Shown here: one piece after another, positions 55,582 to 64,000 of the stretch | How the letters are laid out: every line of letters begins with the position of its first letter | Position numbering within the stretch: position 1 is the first letter of the stretch | Assembly: GCA_022822005.1 (NCBI GenBank) | Contig: JAJECO010000040.1 | Span: forward strand, 192,090 to 256,089 | Direction: 5' to 3' | From: Candidatus Poribacteria bacterium | GTDB lineage: Bacteria; Poribacteria; WGA-4E; PCPOR2b | Length of the DNA: 64,000 nt | Notes under the pieces: model-generated | Seen by the model: the letters and a program-made list of their open reading frames with translations, nothing else | Database searches by the model: none | What the model was told of the DNA's origin: nothing | Position numbers and translations under genes: made by a program

Positions 55582-56520
55582 ATGACGATGAAAAAGTTTG
55601 CATTTGCCGCAATTCTTGGGTTTCTGTTTCACTTAGGAGGTATCTTGTACCAAACACATGCCTCCCGGATTGCGTATATCTGTGAGGAAGGCTTTGATAT
55701 CTGTACCATCAACCCTGATGGCACCGACCGTCAAAGGGTCACCCGAACACCAGACATAACCGAGAGGTGGCCCACTTGGTCATGGGATGGAAAATGGATT
55801 GCCTTTGCCCCCTTTAATCCTAGCAAACTTGTAATGACGGACCCCAACGGAGACAACGAGACGTTATTAATAAAACCTTATCAGAACAGTTCTCGTCCTG
55901 CTTGGTCTCCAGGGGGGACAAAAATAGCTCGGGCAAATGTCCAAAAGTTGTATATTCTTGATATCATTACCGGCGAAGAAAAAAAAATATGGCCCCTTGG
56001 TGTTAACACTCTGGGTTACCGCGACCCGGCGTGGTCGCCAGACGGGCGTGAAATTGCATTTGCTAGCCTTAGTAAGCAAGGCAACCAACGGGATATCTAT
56101 GTCACAAATATTGAAGGGGACCAGGTGCGCCGGTTAACCAACCATCCTGATGAAGATCACGCGCCGGCGTGGTCTCCCGATGGACGTCGAATCGCTTTCT
56201 ATTCAAACCGGGGTAATCTCGCGGGTATTTTTGTAGTGGATACAGATGGTGCCAATCTCAAACGGTTGACCGTCGGCTCTCACGATTACCCCAGTTGGTC
56301 GCCGGCTGGCAGTCGGATTGCTGTTTGGATGATTGGTGACCCACCGGGGATTGGTATCATGAAAGCTAACGGACAGGGATTAAAGTTTATAGCGAGAGGC
56401 ACTCACCCATCTTGGCAGCCCTCCGGTGCTGTGTCAGTGGAGCCGATGGGGAAATTACCATTGACTTGGGGCTTGTTGAAATCGAAATTGGGTTCCCCGC
56501 AATCTGACTTAAACCGATAA
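55582..56520 (+). CDS. TolB-like PD40 beta-propeller repeat protein (secreted)
   Basis: Signal peptide MKKFAFAAILGFLF, then repeated ...PAWSPDGREIAFAS.., ..PAWSPDGRRIAFYSNR.., ..PSWSPAGSRIAV.. blades. Confidence 0.75.
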   Translation: MTMKKFAFAAILGFLFHLGGILYQTHASRIAYICEEGFDICTINPDGTDRQRVTRTPDITERWPTWSWDGKWIAFAPFNPSKLVMTDPNGDNETLLIKPYQNSSRPAWSPGGTKIARANVQKLYILDIITGEEKKIWPLGVNTLGYRDPAWSPDGREIAFASLSKQGNQRDIYVTNIEGDQVRRLTNHPDEDHAPAWSPDGRRIAFYSNRGNLAGIFVVDTDGANLKRLTVGSHDYPSWSPAGSRIAVWMIGDPPGIGIMKANGQGLKFIARGTHPSWQPSGAVSVEPMGKLPLTWGLLKSKLGSPQSDLNR

Positions 56521-56646
56521 ATAGCAACTATGATTTCCATTTTGTACTTCAAGTAGTCGATTTCCCAAAGTCGAAAATACCTATGACATATATCTTCAAG
56601 ACATAGTGGAGGCAATTAACCGTTTATACATACAAGGAGCACAATA

Positions 56647-57501
56647 ATGCGGACGACACATAAATGGAGTGATGACACGGCAACGATTTGCGTCGAAGGG
56701 TTGCATCAAACGGTTCGGATGCTCCACGTCACCGATTCACACATTGCGCTGATCGATGACCGCGATGCTGAACACATAGAGGCTTGTCAGGGGGCGTGCG
56801 AGCGTTTTGAATCGAGAGAGTCCATCTTTGACAAATTGATGGAAGAAGCCAAAGACAGTTCGCTAGATCTGATGGCACTGACCGGTGATATGGTGCATTT
56901 CCCTTCTCAGGCGGGTGTTGAAACCGTCGCAAAGTCGATTGATAAAGTAGACGTACCAACGCTGTATACCTCTGGAAACCACGATTGGCACTATCCCGGT
57001 GTAGAAGGACGTGAGGAATTACGGGAGGTGTGGTGGGAAGCATTAGCACCGCTGCATCACGGACAGGCGGCGTATGCCCGACACGAAATCGGTGGTATTC
57101 AATTTTTGTTGGTCGATGATTCCACGTATCAGGTAGAAGAAGAACAGACCACATTTGTAAATACACATTTGGTAAATGGTATGCCAACGGTGCTGCTTAC
57201 CCATATCCCTTTAAGCCTGCCAACACTACGGGAGCCGACATTAGAACACTTTGAGAATCCAATTTTAATCGCCGATCCAGACTGGGCACCCGAGGGGCGG
57301 GATCGATGGGGAACTGGAGAAAATTTACCTTCAACCATAGAATTTGCGCGTACCCTTGCAAAGTCAGAGAATCTTGTGGCAGTGTTTTGCGGTCACATTC
57401 ATTTCGCACATACGGATAGCATCAATCTAAATGCTGCTCAGTATGTGGGAGCCCCTGGGTTCGATGGCAACAGCCGGTTGGTGGAGTTCCGTCCACTGTG
57501 A
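56647..57501 (+). CDS. Calcineurin-like metallophosphoesterase
   Basis: LHVTDSHI (DxH), ALTGDMVH (GD), SGNHD (GNH[DE]), ...CGHIHFAH.... Confidence 0.75.
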   Translation: MRTTHKWSDDTATICVEGLHQTVRMLHVTDSHIALIDDRDAEHIEACQGACERFESRESIFDKLMEEAKDSSLDLMALTGDMVHFPSQAGVETVAKSIDKVDVPTLYTSGNHDWHYPGVEGREELREVWWEALAPLHHGQAAYARHEIGGIQFLLVDDSTYQVEEEQTTFVNTHLVNGMPTVLLTHIPLSLPTLREPTLEHFENPILIADPDWAPEGRDRWGTGENLPSTIEFARTLAKSENLVAVFCGHIHFAHTDSINLNAAQYVGAPGFDGNSRLVEFRPL

Positions 57502-57628
57502 ACCGAAAATTAGCGCGGATAGGGAAGAAATTTCCTTAGTTTGGGGTTGAAATCTACCGACCCATTTGTTAAAATGAACCCGCTTAAATCTTCCGCATCA
57601 AACAAATCACACCAAAAAGGATAGCACC

Positions 57629-59485
57629 ATGCCGAAACTGACAAAGCGATTCTGGCTGCTAACCCTGATCATCCACCTTCTCATTTGGTCCCCCACTTTC
57701 GCGCAAGTCGTAAACTCCCGGAACGGAGAGGAAACGGTTGAGCCACAGGCAATTGCTGACTCCTCACACGACACTTCAGATACACAGGAGATACCGTCCC
57801 AAAAGTATGTTGAACTATCAATCAAGGGACCGCTTGCAGAGGTCAAACCTACCTTTGTATTTTCCTCACAAGTCAAGACCCTCCGAAGTATAACAAGAGA
57901 GATTGACAAAATCCGCAAGGACGACCAAGTTGCGGGTGTCTTACTGAAGATCGAAGGACTTGGGATCGGTTGGGCGAAACTACAGGAACTCTGTGATAAG
58001 ATTATTCAACTCAGAAGCGATGGGATTGAAGTCATCAGCTACCTCGAAAGCGGTGGTAATGCAGAATACCTGCTTGCCTGCGCTGCGGATCGGATTGTAT
58101 TGATGCCAGCGGGGATGGTCGGTCTAACGGGATTACGGGCTGAAGTGATGTTTTTCAGGGGGCTTCTGGATAAACTCGACATCAAAGCGGATATGTATGC
58201 CGTCGGCAGGTATAAATCGGCGATTGAGCCGTACACGCGAGACAGCATGTCGGAGGCTCAGAGAGAGGCAATGAATGCGATTCTCGACGACCTTTATGCC
58301 CAACAGGTTGAAATGATTGCCAATGGACGGGGTGAAATTGATGCGGCGTTGGCTGCTGAACTCATTGGCCAGGGTCCCTTTACCGCCGAAGAAGCATATC
58401 AAGCAAAGTTGGTTGATGTCCTCCAATACTACGACGAACTTGTGCAGTCAATTGAGGGACGTGCGGAGGAAAAAGTTGAAGTCGTTTCGGAATACGGGAA
58501 AAAGCCATCGGAAGCGCCCGAACTCACCGGCTTTGCGGGTTTCATGAAACTTTTTTCGATACTGGCATCGTCAAAGCAGCCAACCTCCAGCGAGGGGAAA
58601 CCAAAGGTTGCGTTAATCTACGCTACCGGTCCCATCATGTCCGATGCTCCTACCAGTCCATTTACAACCGGACAGGTCATGACGCCCAGCGAGATGGCAG
58701 AAGCACTCCGTGAAGCCCGCGAGGACAGTGACATTCAAGCGGTGGTAATGCGAGTTGATAGTCCCGGCGGATCCGCGGTCGCATCAGACGCCATTTGGAG
58801 GGAAGTATTGCTGACGCAGCAGGAAAAACCACTGATCGTATCAATGTCGGATGTTGCAGGATCGGGTGGGTATTACATCGCTATGGCTGCGGGGACAATC
58901 GTCGCCGAACCGGGAACAATTACCGGCTCGATTGGGGTGCTTGGCGGCAAACTTAACCTCAAAGGACTCTACAACAAAGTCGGGCTGACAAAAGAGGTCA
59001 TCACGCGCGGACAGAATGCGAACCTCTATTCCGATTACGGCGATTTTACACCGACAGAACGTGAGCGATTGCAGAAATTGTTAGAAACCATCTATCAGGA
59101 TTTTGTCCGAAAGGCAGCTGAAGGACGGAATAAAACTGAAGCGGAAATCCATGAACTTGCACAGGGACGAATCTGGACAGGAAAACAGGCAAAAGAAATC
59201 GGACTTGTCGATAAACTTGGCGGACTCGATACTGCACTCACGATTGCTAAAAAGCAGATTGGACTGGATCCCGCTGATGCGATTGATATCATCATATTGC
59301 CAAAACCAAAGACATTCTTCGAGACCCTGATAGAGGATATGGAAATGGATATACAGATTCCGATGACGCCCCATCTCCCTGTACCAACACCGATTGAGCG
59401 CACTTTGCCGAGCCTTTACTGGCTACATCTGTTTGCCAATGAATCTGCTGCAACGGTGATGCCGTTTGCGATTGTCATCAGGTAA
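57629..59485 (+). CDS. sppA: Signal peptide peptidase A (protease IV, S49 family, tandem-domain 67K type)
   Basis: Two S49 domains. ...VVMRVDSPGGSAVASD... and ...SMSDVAGSGGYYIAMAA... (Ser nucleophile), ...ITGSIGV.... Signal peptide. Confidence 0.85.
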   Translation: MPKLTKRFWLLTLIIHLLIWSPTFAQVVNSRNGEETVEPQAIADSSHDTSDTQEIPSQKYVELSIKGPLAEVKPTFVFSSQVKTLRSITREIDKIRKDDQVAGVLLKIEGLGIGWAKLQELCDKIIQLRSDGIEVISYLESGGNAEYLLACAADRIVLMPAGMVGLTGLRAEVMFFRGLLDKLDIKADMYAVGRYKSAIEPYTRDSMSEAQREAMNAILDDLYAQQVEMIANGRGEIDAALAAELIGQGPFTAEEAYQAKLVDVLQYYDELVQSIEGRAEEKVEVVSEYGKKPSEAPELTGFAGFMKLFSILASSKQPTSSEGKPKVALIYATGPIMSDAPTSPFTTGQVMTPSEMAEALREAREDSDIQAVVMRVDSPGGSAVASDAIWREVLLTQQEKPLIVSMSDVAGSGGYYIAMAAGTIVAEPGTITGSIGVLGGKLNLKGLYNKVGLTKEVITRGQNANLYSDYGDFTPTERERLQKLLETIYQDFVRKAAEGRNKTEAEIHELAQGRIWTGKQAKEIGLVDKLGGLDTALTIAKKQIGLDPADAIDIIILPKPKTFFETLIEDMEMDIQIPMTPHLPVPTPIERTLPSLYWLHLFANESAATVMPFAIVIR

Positions 59486-59508
59486 CAAGACTGCGAGAGA
59501 GAGACAAA

Positions 59509-60147
59509 TTGACCCGAATAAAGATCTGTGGGATCACCAACATCGACGACGCGCTGATGGCAATTGACGCGGGTGCGGATGCCCTTGGCTTCAATTTTGT
59601 TCCCGGTACCCCACGCTACCTGAAAGATACAAAAGCTGCCGCAAAGATTATTGAACAACTTCCTCCTTTCATCACGACGGTTGGACTGTTTGTCAACGCA
59701 GATGCGGAGGTGATTCAGGGAACTGCCGATGGGTGCCATCTGGACATGCTACAGTTGCACGGGGAAGAATCCCCTCAATTCTGTCGATCACTCAACCACA
59801 GGACCATCAAAGCCGTGCGGATCAAAAACGAATCGAGTGTTTCCCACCTGTCCGATTATCGCGTCAGCGGGTATCTACTGGATACTTATGTCAAAGGAGT
59901 GTTAGGCGGTACAGGTGTGGCGTTTGACTGGCAGCTCGCTGTCAAGGCGAAACAGTACGGCCGGATTATCCTTGCAGGCGGACTCGATCCCGATAACGTT
60001 GCATCGGCTGTCGAGCAGGTGCGTCCCTATGGCGTTGACGTCAGTAGCCGCGTCGAGGCAAGCCCTGGGCGGAAGGATCCGGTCAAAGTGGGGGCATTTA
60101 TTCAGAATGTGAAAGAGGCAGATCACGAATGGAAACAATCGAACTGA
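59509..60147 (+). CDS. trpF: N-(5'-phosphoribosyl)anthranilate isomerase
   Basis: TTG start. IKICGIT...ADALGFNFVPGTPRYL...LQLHGEE...LLDTYVKGVLGGTGVAFDW...ILAGGLDPDNV, canonical TrpF. Confidence 0.85.
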   Translation: MTRIKICGITNIDDALMAIDAGADALGFNFVPGTPRYLKDTKAAAKIIEQLPPFITTVGLFVNADAEVIQGTADGCHLDMLQLHGEESPQFCRSLNHRTIKAVRIKNESSVSHLSDYRVSGYLLDTYVKGVLGGTGVAFDWQLAVKAKQYGRIILAGGLDPDNVASAVEQVRPYGVDVSSRVEASPGRKDPVKVGAFIQNVKEADHEWKQSN

Positions 60148-60617
60148 TTTACAAACGCCCACCGGATCGCGTAAACCACTTTCCGCAAAATCTGCTTTAC
60201 GAAGACGACGACGTTATTGTCACCACACAACATATCAAACCTTCCAGTCCAATCATCATTAACGGCGTGACTGTCCTTGGGGATAACTACCGAGCAGTTT
60301 GGTTTGTCTTCGCCAATCGCTGGTATGATATTGGAAAAATCTATAATCTTCAAGACCACTTCACAGGATACTACTGCGACATCATCTTACCGATGAAACG
60401 GCTGGAAACTTACTTTGAAATAACCGATTTATTTTTGGATTTGTGGGTTTCACCGGATGGCAGCTATCAGGTTGAAGATGAAGATGAATTTGAGTCAGCT
60501 ATAGCGCACAATTGGATCCAGACCGATTTGGCGAATCAGGCGAGGAAGGCACTCCAAGATTTGATTGTCGAGGTTGAATCTGGTGCTTTCCCACCGGAGA
60601 TTACAAATCGCTGGTGA
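60129..60617 (+). CDS. Hypothetical protein, possibly DUF402 family
   Basis: 162 aa, ...WFVFANRWYDIGKIY...YYCDIILP...DLFLDLWV.... Resembles DUF402 but the assignment is uncertain. Overlaps the trpF stop by 19 nt. Confidence 0.4.
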   Translation: METIELIYKRPPDRVNHFPQNLLYEDDDVIVTTQHIKPSSPIIINGVTVLGDNYRAVWFVFANRWYDIGKIYNLQDHFTGYYCDIILPMKRLETYFEITDLFLDLWVSPDGSYQVEDEDEFESAIAHNWIQTDLANQARKALQDLIVEVESGAFPPEITNRW

Positions 60618-60707
60618 CGGGAAATCAGCAATTTACCTTACGTTTGGATTTTGCTTGATAATAGCAAATCCCTTACGCATCACGTATTACGCTTTATGGA
60701 GGTTTTT

Positions 60708-61703
60708 ATGTCCACAATCACCAACGGGGAAGTTCGAGATGATTTCCGGCTTTTTGCCGGGCGCGCCAATCCGGAATTGGCGAAGGAGATCGCTACGATT
60801 CTGGGGGTTGAATTGGGAAAAATGTCAGTCAGCACGTTTCCTGGAGATGAAACCCACGCTCAGGTTGAAGAGAGCATCCGGGGAGCTGACATCTATATTG
60901 TGCAGCCAACAGTCCCACCGACAAACGATAGTCTGATGGAGTTGTTGGTCATAATTGATGCGATGAAACGCGCTTCAGCTCAGCAAATCACTGCTGTCAT
61001 CCCCTACTTTGGCTATGCACGACAGGATCACAAATCGACCGGGCGAGAACCGATTAGTGCGAAACTAGTAGCAAACCTACTAACAGTCGCAGGCGCGAAT
61101 CGGGTTGTCTCTGTCGATTTACACGCCGCGCAGATCCAAGGTTTCTTCGATATCCCTGCCGACCATCTGACGGCACTGCCGACGCTGGCGGATTACTTTA
61201 AGGAAAAGCAGATTGAGGACGGTGTAATCGTGTCTCCCGATGCCGGTCGGGCGAAACTGGCGGAGAAGTACGTCGATATGCTCGGCATGCCGTTGGCATT
61301 CATGCACAAACAGCGAAGCGGGATTGGTGGGAGAGAGGTGAAGGTCGTAACCAAAATCATCGGCGACGTTGTGGACAAAACCCCAATTATTATTGATGAC
61401 CTCGTAACGAGTGGAAGCATTTACCAGCAGGCAGATGCTATCGCTGAAGCGGGCGCCAAGCCAGCGTACCTTAGTATCACGCATCCAGTGCTTGTTGGGC
61501 CCGCGCTAGAACGTCTAAACCGTCCTTCAATTCAGGAGGTTGTTGTTACCAATACGATTCCCGTCCCCGCTGAGAAACAGATTGGCACCAGAATCCAAGT
61601 CCTGTCTATTGCCCCACTTCTCGCCGAGGCAATTCTGAGGATTCATCAGCGACGTTCGGTCAGTCAGGTATTCTTTGATCAGAAACTGGTTTTTCCGGTG
61701 TAG
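60708..61703 (+). CDS. prs: Ribose-phosphate pyrophosphokinase (PRPP synthetase)
   Basis: ...[15 protein letters not shown]...[25 protein letters not shown]...[10 protein letters not shown]...IIDDLVTSG..., canonical Prs. Start at MSTITNG. Confidence 0.9.
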   Translation: MSTITNGEVRDDFRLFAGRANPELAKEIATILGVELGKMSVSTFPGDETHAQVEESIRGADIYIVQPTVPPTNDSLMELLVIIDAMKRASAQQITAVIPYFGYARQDHKSTGREPISAKLVANLLTVAGANRVVSVDLHAAQIQGFFDIPADHLTALPTLADYFKEKQIEDGVIVSPDAGRAKLAEKYVDMLGMPLAFMHKQRSGIGGREVKVVTKIIGDVVDKTPIIIDDLVTSGSIYQQADAIAEAGAKPAYLSITHPVLVGPALERLNRPSIQEVVVTNTIPVPAEKQIGTRIQVLSIAPLLAEAILRIHQRRSVSQVFFDQKLVFPV

Positions 61704-61735
61704 CGCATGGTAGGGAACGCAGATCTGCGTCCCCT

Positions 61736-62611
61736 ATGTTTACCTTTCGCGAAATCCATGCTCAATTTTGGAGGTGTAAAGTGAAGTTCAAACGTGAAGA
61801 TATTTTAAGCCGGTTGCGGGCAAACGTTGAGGCAGGCAAGCCGATTATCGGTGCGGGCGCAGGGACCGGCATCTCTGCCAAGTGCGAGGAAGCTGGCGGC
61901 GTAGATCTCATCGTGATTTATAACTCAGGTCGCTTTCGCATGGCCGGTCGAGGGTCACTCGCAGGGATGATGCCCTACGGCGACGCTAACCAAATTGTTG
62001 TTGAGATGGCGAGTGAGGTGTTACCAGTTGTTCAGAACATACCTGTGCTCGCAGGAGTCTGCGGGACAGATCCGTTTCGCTTGATGGATGTATTCCTGAA
62101 ACAGATTGACGCAATCGGCTTTTCTGGGGTACAGAATTTCCCGACGGTAGGTTTGATTGATAGCACCTTTCGACAAAATCTGGAAGAGACAGGGATGGGG
62201 TATGGACCAGAGGTGGAGATGATCCGCACTGCCCATAATCTCGGCATGTTGACCACCCCTTACGCCTTCAAAGAATCGGAGGCGGAACAGATGGCGGATG
62301 CCGGCGCAGACATCCTTGTTGCGCACATGGGCTTGACGACAAAGGGAAGTATCGGTGCACAGACCGCGTTGACGCTTGAAGAATCTGCCAAACGGGTACA
62401 AGCTATCCACGATGCAGCGAAGTCGGTCAATCCCGACATCTTAGTCATCTGTCACGGCGGTCCAATCGCCGAACCAGAAGATGCGCAGTATATCCTTGAT
62501 AACACGAATGGAGTCGTTGGATTCTACGGCGCATCAAGTGCCGAGCGCCTGCCAACAGAACGTGCGATTACTGCTCAGATTGAGTCGTTCAAATCGATTC
62601 AGTTATCGTGA
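61736..62611 (+). CDS. TIM-barrel protein, phosphoenolpyruvate-hydrolase-like (COG5564-type) family (tentative)
   Basis: ...[30 protein letters not shown]...FPTVGLID...[13 protein letters not shown]...ICHGGPI.... Pattern recalled as PEP-hydrolase-like. Not verified. Confidence 0.4.
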   Translation: MFTFREIHAQFWRCKVKFKREDILSRLRANVEAGKPIIGAGAGTGISAKCEEAGGVDLIVIYNSGRFRMAGRGSLAGMMPYGDANQIVVEMASEVLPVVQNIPVLAGVCGTDPFRLMDVFLKQIDAIGFSGVQNFPTVGLIDSTFRQNLEETGMGYGPEVEMIRTAHNLGMLTTPYAFKESEAEQMADAGADILVAHMGLTTKGSIGAQTALTLEESAKRVQAIHDAAKSVNPDILVICHGGPIAEPEDAQYILDNTNGVVGFYGASSAERLPTERAITAQIESFKSIQLS

Positions 62612-62628
62612 GTAGGAGGGAGATATTG

Positions 62629-63432
62629 ATGGGAACGCCAAAATCTTCTCACGTACGCACCAAATATGAGGCAGATGGATTTCACCTTTTCCCGGATCCT
62701 GTTATCAATAAAGCGGTAATTGAACGCGCTATCAAGGGCATGGACGCAGTCCGGGCGGGAGAATACGAAACGGGCACGCCCCCGCGTCCATCGGCTTGGA
62801 ATCCCGGTGATGATCCAAAGAAGTTATGCAAGATTGAGATGTCCCAGATTGCAAACCACGCCATAATGGATCTGGTCAGCCAGTCATCAATAGGACAACT
62901 GGCAGCAGAGATTACAGGTGCCGAGATGGTACAGGTGTGGTGGGTGCAACTCCTCTACAAGCCTTCTGTTGCTCCCGATGAAATTACACCCACGAATATT
63001 GGCTGGCACCAAGACCGCCACTACTGGCAGACATGGGAGGAGGGCAGCGAACTCCTCACAGCGTGGATTGCACTCAGCGATGTCACAGCGGAAGCCGGTC
63101 CAATGAAATTTGTGCGTGGCTCCCATAGGTGGGGATTGCTCGGTCATAGCGATTTCTATGGGCAGGATCACGAAGCACAACGCAACGAAATTGAAGTGCC
63201 CGACGGTGAAAGTTGGGATGAGGTTTCCGCCATCCTATCACCCGGTGGGATTAGCTTCCACGACAATCTCACTTACCATGGCAGCGGTCTCAACCTATCA
63301 GGAGCACCACGCCGGAGTTTTGCAGTCCATCTGCGCACGGAAAAGTCTAGACCGGTTGACAATCTCCGGAGTGGGTTAACGGCATTCATCGATACGCCGA
63401 CGCACTGTCCGGTAATCTACGGTACAAAATAG
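62629..63432 (+). CDS. Phytanoyl-CoA dioxygenase (PhyH) family oxygenase
   Basis: ...GWHQDRHYW... / ...MKFVRGSHRWG... / ...SFHDNLTYHGSG.... RBS gtaggaggga precedes the ATG at 62629. Confidence 0.7.
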   Translation: MGTPKSSHVRTKYEADGFHLFPDPVINKAVIERAIKGMDAVRAGEYETGTPPRPSAWNPGDDPKKLCKIEMSQIANHAIMDLVSQSSIGQLAAEITGAEMVQVWWVQLLYKPSVAPDEITPTNIGWHQDRHYWQTWEEGSELLTAWIALSDVTAEAGPMKFVRGSHRWGLLGHSDFYGQDHEAQRNEIEVPDGESWDEVSAILSPGGISFHDNLTYHGSGLNLSGAPRRSFAVHLRTEKSRPVDNLRSGLTAFIDTPTHCPVIYGTK

Positions 63433-63446
63433 AAGGAGTTCTTCTG

Positions 63447-64000
63447 ATGAAAGGTGTCGTCAAATATCAGCGCGGTGACGGGTTTACCGACCTCAGAGAC
63501 GTTGATGTTCGGGAACCTAACGCCAATGAAGTCCTCATTGAGGTGCATAGTGCGGGTATCTGTGGATCGGATCTGCATATCCATCACGATCACATCAACC
63601 TTCCAATGCGCCCCCCTGTTGTCATCGGTCACGAATTCAGTGGTACAATTATCGAGTGCGGTTCGGAAATTACCCGCGTCAAGGTCGGAGATCGAGTGAC
63701 GGTTGAACCCACTTTTTCGATCTGTGGACGGTGCGACTACTGCCGTTCAGGATTTTATAACCTGTGCAATCACCGCGAGATTATAGGCTACTGGCATAAC
63801 GGGGCGTTCGCAAAATATTGCACTACTCCTGAAACTGGCTTACACAAACTCCCAGAAAACGTAGACCTGATCTCCGGATCACTGACAGAGCCAGTCGCTT
63901 GCTGCGTCCACGGTGTAATCGAGCAGACGAAGGTCTCGGCTGGTGATTTTGTCGTGATTACCGGACCGGGGACTATTGGACTACTCAGTTTGCAGATAGC
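63447..64000 (+). CDS. Zinc-dependent alcohol dehydrogenase (sorbitol/threonine dehydrogenase-like), partial, continues beyond window
   Basis: MKGVVKYQRG...GICGSDLHIHHDH...VIGHEFSGTI...CGRCDYCRSG (structural-Zn Cys4)...ITGPGTIGL. RBS aaggag. Not in the ORF track because there is no stop within the window. Confidence 0.8.
   Translation, partial: MKGVVKYQRGDGFTDLRDVDVREPNANEVLIEVHSAGICGSDLHIHHDHINLPMRPPVVIGHEFSGTIIECGSEITRVKVGDRVTVEPTFSICGRCDYCRSGFYNLCNHREIIGYWHNGAFAKYCTTPETGLHKLPENVDLISGSLTEPVACCVHGVIEQTKVSAGDFVVITGPGTIGLLSLQI

Noticed and set aside
1-64000. Search for tRNA, rRNA, CRISPR arrays, IS elements or integrases
   Set aside because: No cloverleaf-like GTTCGAATC-type T-arm contexts, no rRNA-like conserved blocks, no regularly spaced direct repeats with spacers, and no transposase/integrase-like ORFs were found. 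The only strong repeats are the intragenic PD40 132-bp array and the 18-bp infA repeats.

Overview
This 64-kb window is a gene-dense stretch of bacterial chromosome at roughly 50% GC. It encodes mostly core metabolism, with some accessory glycan-degradation and oxygenase genes. I found no rRNA, tRNA, CRISPR array, transposase or integrase.

Recognisable core genes include bioF, a methionine-salvage operon (mtnB-mtnD-mtnC), rpe, the def-fmt pair, lspA, the proC / YggS / YggT cluster, rsmD, infA, trpF, prs and sppA. Accessory content includes four PhyH-family dioxygenases (one fused to HEAT repeats), a Cys-type sulfatase, a GH51 arabinofuranosidase next to a large polytopic membrane protein (a second paralog runs off the left edge), three TolB-like PD40 beta-propeller proteins, peptidases (oligopeptidase B, M28) and two clusters that look like sugar-acid / 2-oxo-acid catabolism. 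The overall gene content (many PhyH, sulfatase, TPR/HEAT, PD40) resembles PVC- or Poribacteria-like uncultivated lineages, but that is inference only.

The most interesting observations are:
- The gene in the conserved ileS position, directly upstream of lspA, is clearly an IleRS homolog. Its HIGH motif, KMSKS motif and editing-site Thr-rich peptide are all degenerate, so it is a candidate non-catalytic IleRS paralog.
- An overlapping HEPN (Rx4H) and minimal beta-class SPPY methyltransferase gene pair sits immediately downstream of rsmD. It may be a defense or toxin-like module.
- A PD40 gene is built from near-identical 132-bp tandem repeats, with a collapsed paralog beside it.
- A tandem pair of TPR proteins share a C-terminal PGxGQIY membrane motif.
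- An unannotated 45-aa highly basic ORF follows a perfect Shine-Dalgarno sequence.
- IF-1 carries an RG/Q-rich N-terminal extension encoded by 18-bp repeats.
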